A stretch of 64,000 bases of DNA from Bdellovibrionales bacterium RIFOXYD12_FULL_39_22 (lineage in GTDB: Bacteria; Bdellovibrionota; Bacteriovoracia; Bacteriovoracales; Bacteriovoracaceae): assembly GCA_001770205.1 (NCBI GenBank), contig MEQL01000007.1:1-64000 (forward strand), read 5' to 3'. Shown piece by piece: positions 1-10,625 of the stretch. Position numbers and translations under genes: made by a program. Below the pieces are notes generated by a model that was not told where the DNA came from, did no database searches, and saw only the letters and a program-made list of their open reading frames with translations. Position 1 is the first letter of the stretch. Each line of letters begins with the position of its first letter.

Positions 1-695
1 CCGAAACGATATAAATCTGATGAAACATCTTTAAAGGTCCTTGAGTCATGAACATTGCCAGGAAATGTTTTGTGAAAAATAGGGATACCTTTTTCTCGTG
101 TAACAGCAAGGCCAATTTGAATTAGTGGGTGACCTTTTTGATTCTCTTTATCATGGCCAAACTTTGCGATGGAACATTTTTTCCCATGGAAGTAGGTATT
201 GGTCACATCATAGACAACGCCCTTGGGGGCAATTTTAAGTCGTTCCTTTACCGCCCCAAAAATCTTTTCCTGAAATTTCATTTGATCGATCTGCTCAATG
301 GAATCGAGGGCATTAACCAAGCGCTTTTCAGTAAGATCATCCAGCGATAAGATATGATTTAAATCTGTTCGCTGAAACCAGTGTTTCATATTGTTCAAAC
401 TTTTATAATCAAGACAATGTGCGTACGTCATTGCTAAAATCTCATTTGAATAGTCCCCGAGAAGCTGTGGAAGTCCAATCTCCGTAGCAAGCGAATGCAA
501 AACCATTAATGGCCCAGAAAGTTTAATCGACTCAATCTCCGCTTCCGAAATAGAACACGATAGGATTGTTTTTCCATCTGCCTCTCTGCCAACATAGCGA
601 ATGAATTTCTGAATCACCTTCCCGTTAACGCGAACCGACTCAACTTCTGCTAAATAAATCTGCCCATTTTTTTTATATTTTCGGATAAAACTCAT
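1..695 (-). CDS. IS1634-family DDE transposase, N-terminal part (runs off window start; absent from ORF track)
   Basis: Manual translation from ATG 695: MSFIRKYKKNGQIYLAEVESVRVNGKVIQKFIRYVG...VVYDVTNTYFHG...FGHDKE...IQIGLAVTREKGIPIFHKTFPGNVHDSRT, open to base 3. YDxTxTYFxG and GxPxxHxxFPGNxxD are IS1634-type motifs. Confidence 0.88.
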   Translation of the reverse strand, partial: MSFIRKYKKNGQIYLAEVESVRVNGKVIQKFIRYVGREADGKTILSCSISEAEIESIKLSGPLMVLHSLATEIGLPQLLGDYSNEILAMTYAHCLDYKSLNNMKHWFQRTDLNHILSLDDLTEKRLVNALDSIEQIDQMKFQEKIFGAVKERLKIAPKGVVYDVTNTYFHGKKCSIAKFGHDKENQKGHPLIQIGLAVTREKGIPIFHKTFPGNVHDSRTFKDVSSDLYRF

Positions 696-702
696 AGTGA
701 GT

Positions 703-733
703 ATTATACTCACCACATACGGAGGGATGTCAA
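703..733 (-). promoter_or_regulatory. sigma70-type promoter of IS1634 transposase
   Basis: TTGACA (733-728), 19-nt spacer, TATAAT (708-703); ATG lies 7 nt after the -10. Confidence 0.55.
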
Positions 734-832
734 GTAAAAAGCTGATCGTGAAATTTAATTTATCATTGGAGAAATTATGATCTTTTTGAGGTTTTCAAGT
801 TGTAGTGAGCAAAATCGAGGTCAAAGACAGGT

Positions 833-1297
833 CTATATGAACACACTTGGCGAAACACCAAATCGTTTGGCCAAAGCTTTAATATGCCGAAGGTTTAATT
901 CACGCTCACCTTTCAAGATTTTTGATACGATAGGCTGGCCTCCTAGTTCATCTGCCAGATCTTTTTGAGTTAGATTTTGTAACTCCATTAGATAGACAAG
1001 CATATCTCGTCCGGTAGTTTTCTCAGGCGTGTAGTGCTTTTTCTCATAATCGGAAACAAGCTCTGAAAGAGTATTGAGGTATGTTAAAAGGCCATCGTCC
1101 TTTGCCAGTGCGGCCGAAGTACTGCTAAATGTGATTAACTTTTCAATTACCTTTAGTGCTTCTTTGTGCTGGGAACTGGTTGTAATTGCCATGAGCGGAT
1201 ATAGGGCAACGAGCTGTATATAAGAATCACTGACCTTGGCCCGCGCGGTCGGAAGATTCTCTTTCAACGTATCAATCAATTTTTTTGCGATGCTCAT
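833..1297 (-). CDS. higA: HigA-type antitoxin (C-terminal XRE HTH)
   Basis: LSELVSDYEKKHY, then LMELQNLTQKDLADELGGQPIVSKILKGERELN..HIKALAKRFGVSP; lies downstream of the toxin; likely start MSIAKK at 1297. Confidence 0.88.
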   Translation of the reverse strand: MSIAKKLIDTLKENLPTARAKVSDSYIQLVALYPLMAITTSSQHKEALKVIEKLITFSSTSAALAKDDGLLTYLNTLSELVSDYEKKHYTPEKTTGRDMLVYLMELQNLTQKDLADELGGQPIVSKILKGERELNLRHIKALAKRFGVSPSVFI

Positions 1298-1302
1298 AAT
1301 CT

Positions 1303-1593
1303 CTACTCCTTCCATTTGTTCTTGTCATATTCTTGGTGCGTAAGAATGTTTGTCACTAGAATAATCTTCACCCCATATTCAATTTTTGTTATGGCCCTAA
1401 TTTTATTGCCTCCAACATCGAACACCGTTTGTTGTCCTACAAAGTCTACATTAGCGCCAAATAACCTTTTTACATCATGAGGAAAATCGAATTCCGCCCC
1501 CTCAATTAATTTGACCCAGCGATCAAGTGCTTTTCGACTCAAAGAGTGTTTTTTCTTAAATTCTTCTATAATGTTTTTTCCAAGCAACTTCAT
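1303..1593 (-). CDS. higB: HigB-type mRNA interferase toxin
   Basis: About 96 aa, with W..LIE.A, VDFVG..TVFDVGGNKIRAI and ILTHQEYDK; toxin-first gene order. Confidence 0.9.
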   Translation of the reverse strand: MKLLGKNIIEEFKKKHSLSRKALDRWVKLIEGAEFDFPHDVKRLFGANVDFVGQQTVFDVGGNKIRAITKIEYGVKIILVTNILTHQEYDKNKWKE

Positions 1594-1602
1594 CAACTAT
1601 GA

Positions 1603-1648
1603 AATATAGCAAAATGTCATATTTTTGTCAAGCTTGATATGCCATTTT
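1603..1648 (-). promoter_or_regulatory. higBA promoter with overlapping inverted-repeat operator
   Basis: TTGACA (1631-1626), 17 nt, TATATT (1608-1603) with extended -10 TG; inverted repeat AAAATGTCATAT (1611-1622) / ATATGCCATTTT (1637-1648). Confidence 0.7.
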
Positions 1649-1741
1649 GACATATTAATAACCAGGGCACGATGGGTGTCGGTCCCCGAATAGTACCGGT
1701 TCAATTTCAAAATCTGGTCAGGTTTGGGTCAGATCAGTTTG

Positions 1742-1993
1742 TTAAATATGATGAAATCTGATGAGGAAAAATGAAGAAGAAAAATGGCAACCCACTAAAA
1801 TTATTCCTATCTTGTTAATATTAAAAACTAAATTTTTCTCAATTTGCTTTCCTCCCGGGACAGACAGGGCCCCAATGACTGTTCCAATTACCACAGGTAA
1901 GGCAAAAAGAAGATAATTACTTATCCACATATTAATTTTCAAAAATTTTTCAAATTTATTATTCATTATTGGGATGTACAATAAACTATACAC
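1742..1993 (-). CDS. small hydrophobic hypothetical protein, possibly a gene fragment
   Basis: 83-aa ORF with two hydrophobic stretches; no clear RBS; lies in a disrupted region. Confidence 0.3.
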   Translation of the reverse strand: MYSLLYIPIMNNKFEKFLKINMWISNYLLFALPVVIGTVIGALSVPGGKQIEKNLVFNINKIGIILVGCHFSSSFFLIRFHHI

Positions 1994-2202
1994 AGAGCAA
2001 TCAAAGCTCTCTCCAGAATACTGAGATACGTCACCTCAATATTGTTGTTGATCCAAAAACGCCTTCACGACGATGAAAGAAACTACTGTACCCGTTCAGT
2101 AAAAGAGCGTGATTTTCTAAAAGCGTTTACACCACGTAAACGAAAGGAAGTTTGTGGCCCGACCGGCCAGGAAAGCAGCCTAGTGGGGCTTGTGGAAGTT
2201 TA

Positions 2203-2231
2203 TGAAGTTTATTATGAGGTTTGACTAAAAG
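2203..2231. repeat. 29-bp direct repeat, copy 1
   Basis: TGAAGTTTATTATGAGGTTTGACTAAAAG; 28/29 identical to 4130-4158. Confidence 0.9.
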
Positions 2232-2327
2232 ATTCTATATGTAAATTTTACAAACGTAAAAAGCGGTTTCTATTTTTATGTTACAATTTATCTATTAACT
2301 TAAATCCTTCCCAATAAGGAGTTATAG

Positions 2328-3887
2328 ATGATTCGTCACATAATAATGATTACTTTTTCATTTTTATATTTACAGAGTTGTCAGACAGAGAAAACTAAAA
2401 CTGTAACAAAGGACCGAGAAATAGTTGTAACGGAAAACACTTGGGGGCTGGAATTCAAATCTACACCCATCGACGATGTCAGTGATGAAAAAATTATAAA
2501 ATTATCGTCGCCAGTAGCAAAAGTTTTCTTTCAAGAGGGTGGAAGTGGAACTGGGTTTTTTATTGGAAAAAATGGCCTATTTCTTACAAATCACCACGTC
2601 ATCAATAGTGGAAGGTGTGGTGATTCATTTTGTAATGGGATCAAAATAGTTCGTGATTTTCGCTCAAATGGTGCCACTCAAGTCTTTAGTAAATTTAGAA
2701 TCTTGGCCCAAAACATAATCCTGGATTATACTCTTGTTCAAGTGGATTTAGAAAACGGTGAGAATGTTCCATTTCTTCAACTAGACAACTTGCCACCAGA
2801 GGAAATTGATACTCCAAAACTTAGGATAATTGGTCACCCTTTTGGGTCGGCATTAAGAGTTTCTAATGCCATCTATTCGTACTACGATGACTATACTCTT
2901 GCTCTAAAATCGGTGGCGATCAGCGGAAATAGCGGGAGTCCACTCATAGATTTAAACTCATCGAGTGTAATTGGCCTTTATAACTCGGCAGATTGGGATA
3001 AATACTCTGTAGCCAAGGATAGTGGCAAGGTTGAGCACTATGGATATGCGATATCTATCAATTATATTTTAAAAAATATTCAAATTTTATATCCCAATTT
3101 AGAGCTATCAAAAGAGAGCGGCTTACTTTTAAACGAAAAGATTAATGATCCCCGCATCAGTAATAGTGACAACCAACCTGAAAAATCAGAGAACCAGATT
3201 AGTGACGAGAAGATCACATTTGAAACATGGCTAGGATTAATAACAGGAAAAGATATAGAAGAAGAGAAATTAAACAAGATCATAAAACGAGAGATCGATC
3301 TCTATGAAGGGATGTCGTATAAGAATTCTTCTGATCTAATTAATATTATTACTGGACTGGTCAAATATAAGTTGATGAGCGGATCTAAAGTGATGCTTCA
3401 TGACGATATTAGAAAAAAATTAATGGATATTTTTTCTGTTGATGATGGTATTCCTAGCTCACCACTACGTGCCTTAGCGGTGCTTGATGGCTCATATGCA
3501 CAATCTCAATGCATACAAAGAGTAAAAGAAGAAAATGAAAATGGCAGTACCACTAGAACTTTGCTTATGTATGGGCGTGATTGCCTGAGTAAAGTTGATG
3601 AAGAAGGTTATACAATTATTGATTACATGAGATATTACTTTGAGGCGCTAATTAAAGATAAATCAATCAACGAAACCAACGAAGACGTATATATGCCGAG
3701 AGTGCTAAATATTTACTCTTATCAGCTTGATTTGTTAAAGAGTCTTCCGGCAGATACATCAAACATTCGCGTTTCGCTTCAAACAGTCATAGAATTGGTA
3801 AAAAACTACAGCGTGTATTGTTCTGCCGAGAATTTGCTGGTGCAAATTAATAGGCCAGCACTGTTTGCCAAGCTAAGAGTTTGGTAG
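2328..3887 (+). CDS. trypsin-like (S1) serine protease lipoprotein with unknown C-terminal domain
   Basis: Lipobox LQSC; GSGTGF, LTNHHV (His), LDYTLV (Asp), ISGNSGSP (Ser); AAGGAG RBS. Confidence 0.85.
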   Translation: MIRHIIMITFSFLYLQSCQTEKTKTVTKDREIVVTENTWGLEFKSTPIDDVSDEKIIKLSSPVAKVFFQEGGSGTGFFIGKNGLFLTNHHVINSGRCGDSFCNGIKIVRDFRSNGATQVFSKFRILAQNIILDYTLVQVDLENGENVPFLQLDNLPPEEIDTPKLRIIGHPFGSALRVSNAIYSYYDDYTLALKSVAISGNSGSPLIDLNSSSVIGLYNSADWDKYSVAKDSGKVEHYGYAISINYILKNIQILYPNLELSKESGLLLNEKINDPRISNSDNQPEKSENQISDEKITFETWLGLITGKDIEEEKLNKIIKREIDLYEGMSYKNSSDLINIITGLVKYKLMSGSKVMLHDDIRKKLMDIFSVDDGIPSSPLRALAVLDGSYAQSQCIQRVKEENENGSTTRTLLMYGRDCLSKVDEEGYTIIDYMRYYFEALIKDKSINETNEDVYMPRVLNIYSYQLDLLKSLPADTSNIRVSLQTVIELVKNYSVYCSAENLLVQINRPALFAKLRVW

Positions 3888-4129
3888 TTAATCAAATTGA
3901 AGTCAGATGTAAAACTTGCGCTTTATTTTCAATTTCATTAAAATCCTTGAATTATTTAAATTATTTTTTATATTGGATGTATAGATATTTGCTCAAGGAA
4001 TTGAAAGTAAAAATTTCGATCGGTATTAATCATGAGTTATTTAATCTGATGTCGCAAAGAATAATTGATTTGAAAAAAAATAAAGTGAAGAGGGATTAAT
4101 GTTTTCTATTATTGAAGTTTGTGGTCTGT

Positions 4130-4158
4130 TGAAATTTATTATGAGGTTTGACTAAAAG
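4130..4158. repeat. 29-bp direct repeat, copy 2
   Basis: TGAAATTTATTATGAGGTTTGACTAAAAG; overlaps the stop codon of the 4152-5288 gene. Confidence 0.9.
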
Positions 4159-5288
4159 TAATACATCGTGCTGATGTTTATTCCAATTATTTTGCTAGTA
4201 TCTTCAGAATTATTGATAAATCCTCCGACGATTAATTCATGTTGCGGCCGTTTATATGCGATGCCGGCAGTGAATAATCGGTAGATCTCGTCAGGCGAGT
4301 TGCCAAAGTTATCAATCTCCTTGCGAAATTTATAAGCACTACCAAATAAAAGGGAGTAATTGTTACTAAATTGCCAAGTGCTTCCTATGCTAATTCTCCA
4401 CTGGGCATTTATCAACTCTTCGTTGTTGTTATTGCCAAGTAAATCATATGATGAGTGGTAGGTAAAAATATGGCCTACATCTATGAGAATTTTCCAGTAA
4501 GAAGTAGCAAGAAAATTTACTCCCACGAGTGCATCCCATGGACTTGTGACTGGGTTAGAATATTGATCAGAGGATGAATAGGAATAGGTTTTGCCATTAT
4601 GTGAGGATAAAATTTGAGAAGAAGTTTGTTGTTCTGATTTGATTGAAATAAGTGGAGGTGTAAGTCTAAAACCGAAATTCCAGCGGTGATTAATGGGCAC
4701 AAAAAGGCCTGCTCGTGTTTTTATAAATAAAAAAGTATTTTCCATGCTCATCGTTATATCCGTTATCTCGTTTTCCGTGATAATGGAGTTGCGAATATCA
4801 ATCATAAGGCGTTCACGAGCAATTTCTGTGCTAAGTCCGATTCCCCAGCGGCCATTAAATTTTCTGGCCAGACTTGCGCCAATCCCGAAGTGGTCTAACT
4901 TAGTCGCCCAACCATTCCCCCATTTTCCTTCCATAGAAAAAGGAGAGTTGGCATAAAAAATAAAGGAAGTTTTTTTTGAGCTTTTTTGTATGGCCATATA
5001 CGCTAAAGTCGAAGAGATTTTGTCGGTCTGAGAAAGATTTGGGGCGTTCATAGAAACTAAGGAAATTCCACCAGCGGAGGAGGTGCCAATTTTATTTGAA
5101 AAGCAATGCGCACCGGGATTGTAAATGGCATTTCCTACTTCTCCGGCCAAGGCCGCACCGCTGTTGCCAAGATATTTTTCTTGATATCCAACAGGAAAAA
5201 TATCACCTTGTTGATAAGTTGTCAGGGCCGATAGCGGGGAGATGAGTGTTATTCCAATAAATAAAGTAATGCCAGTAATAATTAACAT
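4152..5288 (-). CDS. outer-membrane beta-barrel protein, OmpP1/FadL-like
   Basis: Signal peptide, LGNSGAALAG..GNAIYNPGA hatch motif, amphipathic strands, C-terminal Phe. Confidence 0.7.
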   Translation of the reverse strand: MLIITGITLFIGITLISPLSALTTYQQGDIFPVGYQEKYLGNSGAALAGEVGNAIYNPGAHCFSNKIGTSSAGGISLVSMNAPNLSQTDKISSTLAYMAIQKSSKKTSFIFYANSPFSMEGKWGNGWATKLDHFGIGASLARKFNGRWGIGLSTEIARERLMIDIRNSIITENEITDITMSMENTFLFIKTRAGLFVPINHRWNFGFRLTPPLISIKSEQQTSSQILSSHNGKTYSYSSSDQYSNPVTSPWDALVGVNFLATSYWKILIDVGHIFTYHSSYDLLGNNNNEELINAQWRISIGSTWQFSNNYSLLFGSAYKFRKEIDNFGNSPDEIYRLFTAGIAYKRPQHELIVGGFINNSEDTSKIIGINISTMYYF

Positions 5289-5380
5289 AAAAAAATTGTA
5301 CGAGAGAATGCTTAGATTATATAGAGAGAAATATTTAGCGCCAATTAACCGAGTTTATTGATTGCATAATTATTGGGGAA

Positions 5381-6550
5381 TTATGCGTAATTGTTTTCTT
5401 TTAAAAATTTAAAAATATCACCCATAATAGAATCTAACATCAACATACCATTGCTGGTTAGCCGGAGGCGATTTTTATCTCTGCCCTTGTCCTCCAAATA
5501 TCCGAAATCGTTCCAGCGTAAAAGCAGATCAGGGGCCGAGATGGCCGAGTAATATTCCGAGTTAAAAAAAGCAGAGGGAGAGATTCCCTCGTCGGTTCTA
5601 AGGCCAAGGTAGAGTTGTTCTAACTGAGATTCTTCACTGGTTAGTTCTTCTGTGTCGTATTGGCATTGACTTAAATCATGGTGCCATTTATAGCGCAGCT
5701 TCTGCGCTGGGGTGGATAAAAGGCCAGTTGCTGAAGGACCTAGGGCCGCAACACTTTCTGCCTTCCAATATTTTAAATTATGTAATGATTTTTTATTCTC
5801 TTGGGCGAAATTGGAAACTTCATAGTGGTGGAATTTTTTGGACTTCAAAAATTGAGCGGCCCTTAGATATTGATTGGCAATCCAATCCTCGCAAGGAAGA
5901 TTGTCGATATATTTGTAATTATCTTTGGGGGTTAAAATGTATAAACTGATGTGGGATGGATGGAAACTAATTAGTTTTTCTAATTCAGAGATAATATCCA
6001 CTTGTTCAACGTCAGAGAAGGGAAGTCCAATCATCAAATCGGCAGAGTAATTAATCTGGGAGGTGGCCAGAAATTCCAAAGTTTTATAACTTTCCTCTAT
6101 GTTGTGTGCACGTGAAAGAAATGGAAGTATTTTTTCTGAGAGGGTTTGAATGCCTACAGAAAAGCGATTAACTCCAAGCTCTCTCCAGTGTCGTAAATTT
6201 TCCGCTTGCCAGGCCCCTGGATTAATTTCCAAGGTAAATTCATACTGGCCAGCAAAAGGCAGTTTTTTAATTATCTCTGATTCAACAAAGGTAACTCCGC
6301 TATCTCCCCAAAGAGAGGGAGTGCCGCCGCCAATATATAGAGTTTCAATTTGATCGAAGGCAAGATTTTTTTTTTCTAAGAGCATATTTTGTTGAGAAAT
6401 GCTATTTTTTAAAAAACTTTCATATTGGCCAAGGCCGGTGTCGGTGAGAGGGGTGCGAAAAAAATCACAGTAGTTGCAGAGTGATTTGCAGAAGGGAAAG
6501 TGAATATATTGCGATTTTATGGATTTAATAAATTCCTTGGGCAGCAACAT
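5381..6550 (-). CDS. hemW: radical SAM heme chaperone HemW (HemN-like)
   Basis: YIHFPFCKSLCNYCDF, YIGGGTPS, LSRAH, YEVSNF, HNLKYW. Confidence 0.85.
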   Translation of the reverse strand: MLLPKEFIKSIKSQYIHFPFCKSLCNYCDFFRTPLTDTGLGQYESFLKNSISQQNMLLEKKNLAFDQIETLYIGGGTPSLWGDSGVTFVESEIIKKLPFAGQYEFTLEINPGAWQAENLRHWRELGVNRFSVGIQTLSEKILPFLSRAHNIEESYKTLEFLATSQINYSADLMIGLPFSDVEQVDIISELEKLISFHPSHISLYILTPKDNYKYIDNLPCEDWIANQYLRAAQFLKSKKFHHYEVSNFAQENKKSLHNLKYWKAESVAALGPSATGLLSTPAQKLRYKWHHDLSQCQYDTEELTSEESQLEQLYLGLRTDEGISPSAFFNSEYYSAISAPDLLLRWNDFGYLEDKGRDKNRLRLTSNGMLMLDSIMGDIFKFLKENNYA

Positions 6551-6710
6551 TAAACTATTTTATTTGCAATGTATAGTTAAGCGATTTCGTCGGAAGCTGG
6601 CAATCTTTTGCCTGGAAATTATTTGGCAAGAGAAGACTATCTTTCAAAAAAGATTGGTATAAACTAGCTCTAGTAATGTTACTATTGCAACTTAACCTAA
6701 CACTCAGGAA

Positions 6711-9281
6711 ATGATGATGGATTATAAAATTGAAAAGAGCAAGAACGGTATTAATACACTTTATCTGGATAGTCCGGGTAGTACGCTAAGCTCTGTGCAA
6801 ATTTGGTTTCGAGCGGGAAGTGCATTTGAATCACCACAGGACTTTGGCATGGCCCATTTTTTGGAACATATGTTTTTTAAGGGAACTAAAAAACGGCCTG
6901 GCGCTAAAATAGCGGAAGATATTGAGGCCTTTGGAGGTGAAATTAACGCATTTACTTCTTTTGATTACACCTGCTATTACGCGAATGTTCCGGCCAAGAA
7001 GACGAAAAATACAGTGGAGATATTATTAGATATGGTATCGGCACCACTTTTTTTTGAAGAAACTATTCCTGCGGAGAGAGAAGTAGTATTGGAGGAGTAT
7101 AAGCGTTCTCTAGACAGTCCCCATCAATATGCTTTTTCAAAGCTACAAAAATTAAGTATGAGTGGTGGTTATAATCATCCTATTCTTGGAACAGATAAAA
7201 CAATTAAGAAGTTTTCTCGCAAGCAACTTATTTCTTTCAGACAGAAGTATTACAATCTATCCAATATGCTTTTAATTGTGGCCGGTGACCATAAGGAATT
7301 TGCTTCGGCCAAAAATGCCATCGATAAATTTAAGATGCCAGAAGGAAGAGCCGCGATTTATCCTGAGTTTAAATTGAAAAAAAAGGGGGGGATAGATGTT
7401 CATGCGAAAGAAGTTAAAATGTCTCAGCTTACCATTTTAATTAATGCGCAAAATTATCAAAGTGCGCAAGCAGTAGGTGAAGATATCGCGATTAATTGCC
7501 TGGGGAACGGTGATAGTTCTCGACTTAACAAGGCCCTGGTTCTTGAAGATAATTTGGCCAATATCACTTCTAGTTCTACGATGTACTTCGCACGAGGTGG
7601 AATGCATTCATTGAAAATTATATTTCCTCCAGAAAATCTAAGTAAGGTTTTAGAACGATTGGCCGGATTATTGGCCAAAATAAAACAAGAGGGATTAGAG
7701 AAATGGGAAGTAGAGAAGATAAAAAACCAATATATATCTTCTAAGATTTTTGAAAAAGAGAGTTTGGATTCACTGGCCTTTAATTATGGAAATGGCCTCA
7801 TTCAGTTTGGCATTCCTGAAATTGAAGATCAGTTTATTGAAAAAGTGCGCGAGGCCAGCTTCGATAGTGTCCAGACAGGATTTTTAAAAGTTTGGCAGAG
7901 AGATCTTTTTATTTCCCTGCAAATTCCCAAAGATCATAGTTTAGAACAGGCCAAAAGCGAGCTTTTGAAATTTCAAAGCGAGATGCAAAAATTTGCCAAA
8001 AATTTAGGAGACGGCAGCAAGGTCGACAAATATAAAATTATAAAATCAAAATATGATAGTGAGGTTAAGGTAATTAGCATAAAAGAGGGAGTTGATTTAT
8101 TATATCGACAAAACAAGTTAACTCCCACTTATGTTCTTCATAGTTACCTGCGAGGAGGGGTTTCAGAGGAGAATTTAGAAAATAGTGGTATCTACAATTT
8201 ACTTTCACAGCTGCTCACGCAAGGATATGGAAAGGTTGATCGGGATCAAATTAAACGGGAATTAGATGAGCGCTCGATAACTCTCTCGGGATTTTCGGGT
8301 AAAAATGCCTATGGCCTGATGATGAATGGACTTACTTCCAATATTTCAGAGGCCCTTCCTCATTTTTTTGGTTCTCTATTAACTCCCTCTATCGTAGAGC
8401 GAGATTTTGAACAGGAACGAGAATTTGTTGGACGAACCCTGTTGCAACAGACAGAAGATCCGGTTAAGCAATGTTTTAATCGGGTGGCGCAGTTGATGTT
8501 TGGAGATCACCCTTATAGTATGAATGCGCTAGGTAATTTTGAATCTATAAAACGTATTACAACTAAATCACTACAGGATTGTCACCAGAAGAATTTAATG
8601 GGCAATAAAATTCTTTTTACCTATTGTGGCAATCAAACTTTAGATGAAGTGTTAGATTTGCTTCGGCCCTATTTGGTACAAGTGCCATCCCGGAAGAAGA
8701 CTGCGGCCAATTTGAAAAAAATTATTCCCAGCAAGCAGTTGGGCGATTTTATACCTTTTGAGCGAGAGCAGACCCATATTTTTATGGGGTATCCTCTGGC
8801 CGCATTGGGTAGTAAGGAAAATCTATATGTGAAAATGCTAACAACTTATCTTTCTGGCCAATCCTCGGATCTTTTTGTTGATGTGCGGGATCGTAAGGGC
8901 CTTTGTTATAGCGTGCAACCAGTATATTTTTCGGCGCTAGAAGGAGGTTATTGGGGAATTTATATGGGGACTGGAAATGACAAAGTAGAGGCGGCCACTG
9001 CGGCCATCTCTGATATTTTGCAGAAGCTAAAAAATAACGGGATTAGTCGGGCAGAATTTAACAAGATTAAAGTTATTGTCGATGGCCAAAATCAGATTAG
9101 TTTGCAGACCAATGAAGATTACGCCAATATCTATTCTATACCACTTTTGCAGGATCAGGGTATTGAGTTTTATCATCGCAATAATTTGGCAATTCAAAAA
9201 ATGAAGTATGATGATTTTATCAAATTAATCAGGGCCTTTTTGTCCAAGGCCTCAATTCAAGTAGTGGTCGGAAAAAATTAA
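6711..9281 (+). CDS. M16 (pitrilysin-family) zinc metallopeptidase
   Basis: [25 protein letters not shown]-terminal VRDRKGLCY; 856 aa with both halves fused. Confidence 0.92.
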   Translation: MMMDYKIEKSKNGINTLYLDSPGSTLSSVQIWFRAGSAFESPQDFGMAHFLEHMFFKGTKKRPGAKIAEDIEAFGGEINAFTSFDYTCYYANVPAKKTKNTVEILLDMVSAPLFFEETIPAEREVVLEEYKRSLDSPHQYAFSKLQKLSMSGGYNHPILGTDKTIKKFSRKQLISFRQKYYNLSNMLLIVAGDHKEFASAKNAIDKFKMPEGRAAIYPEFKLKKKGGIDVHAKEVKMSQLTILINAQNYQSAQAVGEDIAINCLGNGDSSRLNKALVLEDNLANITSSSTMYFARGGMHSLKIIFPPENLSKVLERLAGLLAKIKQEGLEKWEVEKIKNQYISSKIFEKESLDSLAFNYGNGLIQFGIPEIEDQFIEKVREASFDSVQTGFLKVWQRDLFISLQIPKDHSLEQAKSELLKFQSEMQKFAKNLGDGSKVDKYKIIKSKYDSEVKVISIKEGVDLLYRQNKLTPTYVLHSYLRGGVSEENLENSGIYNLLSQLLTQGYGKVDRDQIKRELDERSITLSGFSGKNAYGLMMNGLTSNISEALPHFFGSLLTPSIVERDFEQEREFVGRTLLQQTEDPVKQCFNRVAQLMFGDHPYSMNALGNFESIKRITTKSLQDCHQKNLMGNKILFTYCGNQTLDEVLDLLRPYLVQVPSRKKTAANLKKIIPSKQLGDFIPFEREQTHIFMGYPLAALGSKENLYVKMLTTYLSGQSSDLFVDVRDRKGLCYSVQPVYFSALEGGYWGIYMGTGNDKVEAATAAISDILQKLKNNGISRAEFNKIKVIVDGQNQISLQTNEDYANIYSIPLLQDQGIEFYHRNNLAIQKMKYDDFIKLIRAFLSKASIQVVVGKN

Positions 9282-10534
9282 CGAGTTCCGCGGCGTTTGA
9301 AAAAGCGTCGAGAAGATGCTGGCCGCTTGTTTGCATCGCTTTTTTTTTGTTCCGAGAAGTTTTCTTGTGGCCTTGTGCGCTTTAGCATTTGAGAAGTGGG
9401 TGCAGTTAGTTGTGGGGTTGGGTGCAGTGGAATTTGTTCACGAATGGTTCTTTCAATATCTTTTAAAAATTGTCGTTCTTCCACATCACAAAAAGAGATG
9501 GCCACACCCTCTCGTCCGGCCCTGGCCGTTCGACCAATTCGATGGACATAACTTTCTGGGTCATTTGGCAGATCATAGTTTATTACATGAGTGATGTCGG
9601 CAACATCAATTCCTCGGGCGGCGATGTCGGTAGCAACTAAGACTCGTACTGATCCGTTTTTAAATCCATCGAGTGCACGCTCTCTGGCCCCTTGTGATTT
9701 GTTTCCATGAATTGCGGCCGAACTGATAGAGGCCAGTTCTAAATCTTGGGCAACTTTATTTGCACCATGTTTGGTTCTGGTGAAAACTAATACGCGCTCA
9801 AAATTATCTTGTTCTAAAATAGAGCGAAGGAGGCGCGATTTATTGCTCTTATCAATATTATAAAGCTTTTGCGAAACACGCTCTACGGTAGAGGCGGGAG
9901 GAGTTACTTCAACTTTTACGGGGTGTTTTAATAATTTTTGTGCAAGGCCTGCAATGGTAGCTGGCATAGTTGCCGAAAAAAGTAGTGTTTGTCGTTCGTG
10001 AGGAAGTGTAGCAATAATTTTTTTTATATCGTGAATAAATCCCATGTCTAGCATGCGATCGGCCTCGTCTAAAACAAAAATTTCTAGTTTATCTAGTTGT
10101 ACATAATTTTGCCCCATTAAGTCCAAAAGGCGTCCGGGAGTTGCTACTAAGACATCGACTCCTTTAAGCATGGCCTGTATTTGTGGCCTTTCGCTTACGC
10201 CTCCAAAAATTACCGCAGAGGAGAAGGATAAATTTTTTCCATAGGTCTCAAAGCTTTGTAAAATTTGCGCGGCCAATTCGCGGGTCGGGGTTAAGATTAG
10301 GGCCCTTACTTTGCGTGGAGAGGGTGGCGTTTTATTTTTTGATAAACGATCCAAAATAGGTAAAGAAAAGGCGGCAGTTTTGCCAGTGCCGGTTTGAGCG
10401 ATTCCTAAAAGATCACGCCCTTGTAATAAATGGGGAATGGCCTGTGTTTGAATAGGGGTTGGCGTTTTGTAACCAACTTCTTCTAATGCTGCTAATAGTG
10501 GTTGAGAGAGTGCCAGGGAGGAGAAATTTAACAT
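9278..10534 (-). CDS. rhlE: DEAD-box RNA helicase, RhlE-like
   Basis: [29 protein letters not shown]; likely start MLNFSS at 10534. Confidence 0.9.
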   Translation of the reverse strand: MLNFSSLALSQPLLAALEEVGYKTPTPIQTQAIPHLLQGRDLLGIAQTGTGKTAAFSLPILDRLSKNKTPPSPRKVRALILTPTRELAAQILQSFETYGKNLSFSSAVIFGGVSERPQIQAMLKGVDVLVATPGRLLDLMGQNYVQLDKLEIFVLDEADRMLDMGFIHDIKKIIATLPHERQTLLFSATMPATIAGLAQKLLKHPVKVEVTPPASTVERVSQKLYNIDKSNKSRLLRSILEQDNFERVLVFTRTKHGANKVAQDLELASISSAAIHGNKSQGARERALDGFKNGSVRVLVATDIAARGIDVADITHVINYDLPNDPESYVHRIGRTARAGREGVAISFCDVEERQFLKDIERTIREQIPLHPTPQLTAPTSQMLKRTRPQENFSEQKKSDANKRPASSRRFFKRRGTR

Positions 10535-10625
10535 GTTCGATGTGTGTCCAGGTTTTAAAGTGATAACAATTCGTCGCACCATCTATTTTAATCTGGATAA
10601 AGTCAAGAACTATTACGAGAAGAGC

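Larger units (their letters stand above)
1..820 (-). mobile_element. IS1634-family insertion sequence, left portion
   Basis: Transposase plus probable left terminus reading CCTCGATTTTGCTCACTACAAC on the minus strand from 820. The other end is outside the window, so the boundary is unconfirmed. Confidence 0.6.

Noticed and set aside
1615..1631. TGACA twice at 11-bp spacing upstream of higB as a VxrB-like box
   Set aside because: Fully explained by the -35 hexamer plus one arm of the HigA operator.
2160..2185. GGCCAGGAAAGCAGCC resembling SRP RNA domain IV
   Set aside because: It lacks the GNRA-capped helix (TCCGGAAGG) and a flanking long stem.
1985..2224. Plus-strand open frame (includes ORF 2042-2224) as a transposase C-terminal relic
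   Set aside because: It ends in the repeat and is suggestive, but has no diagnostic motif or RBS; not called.
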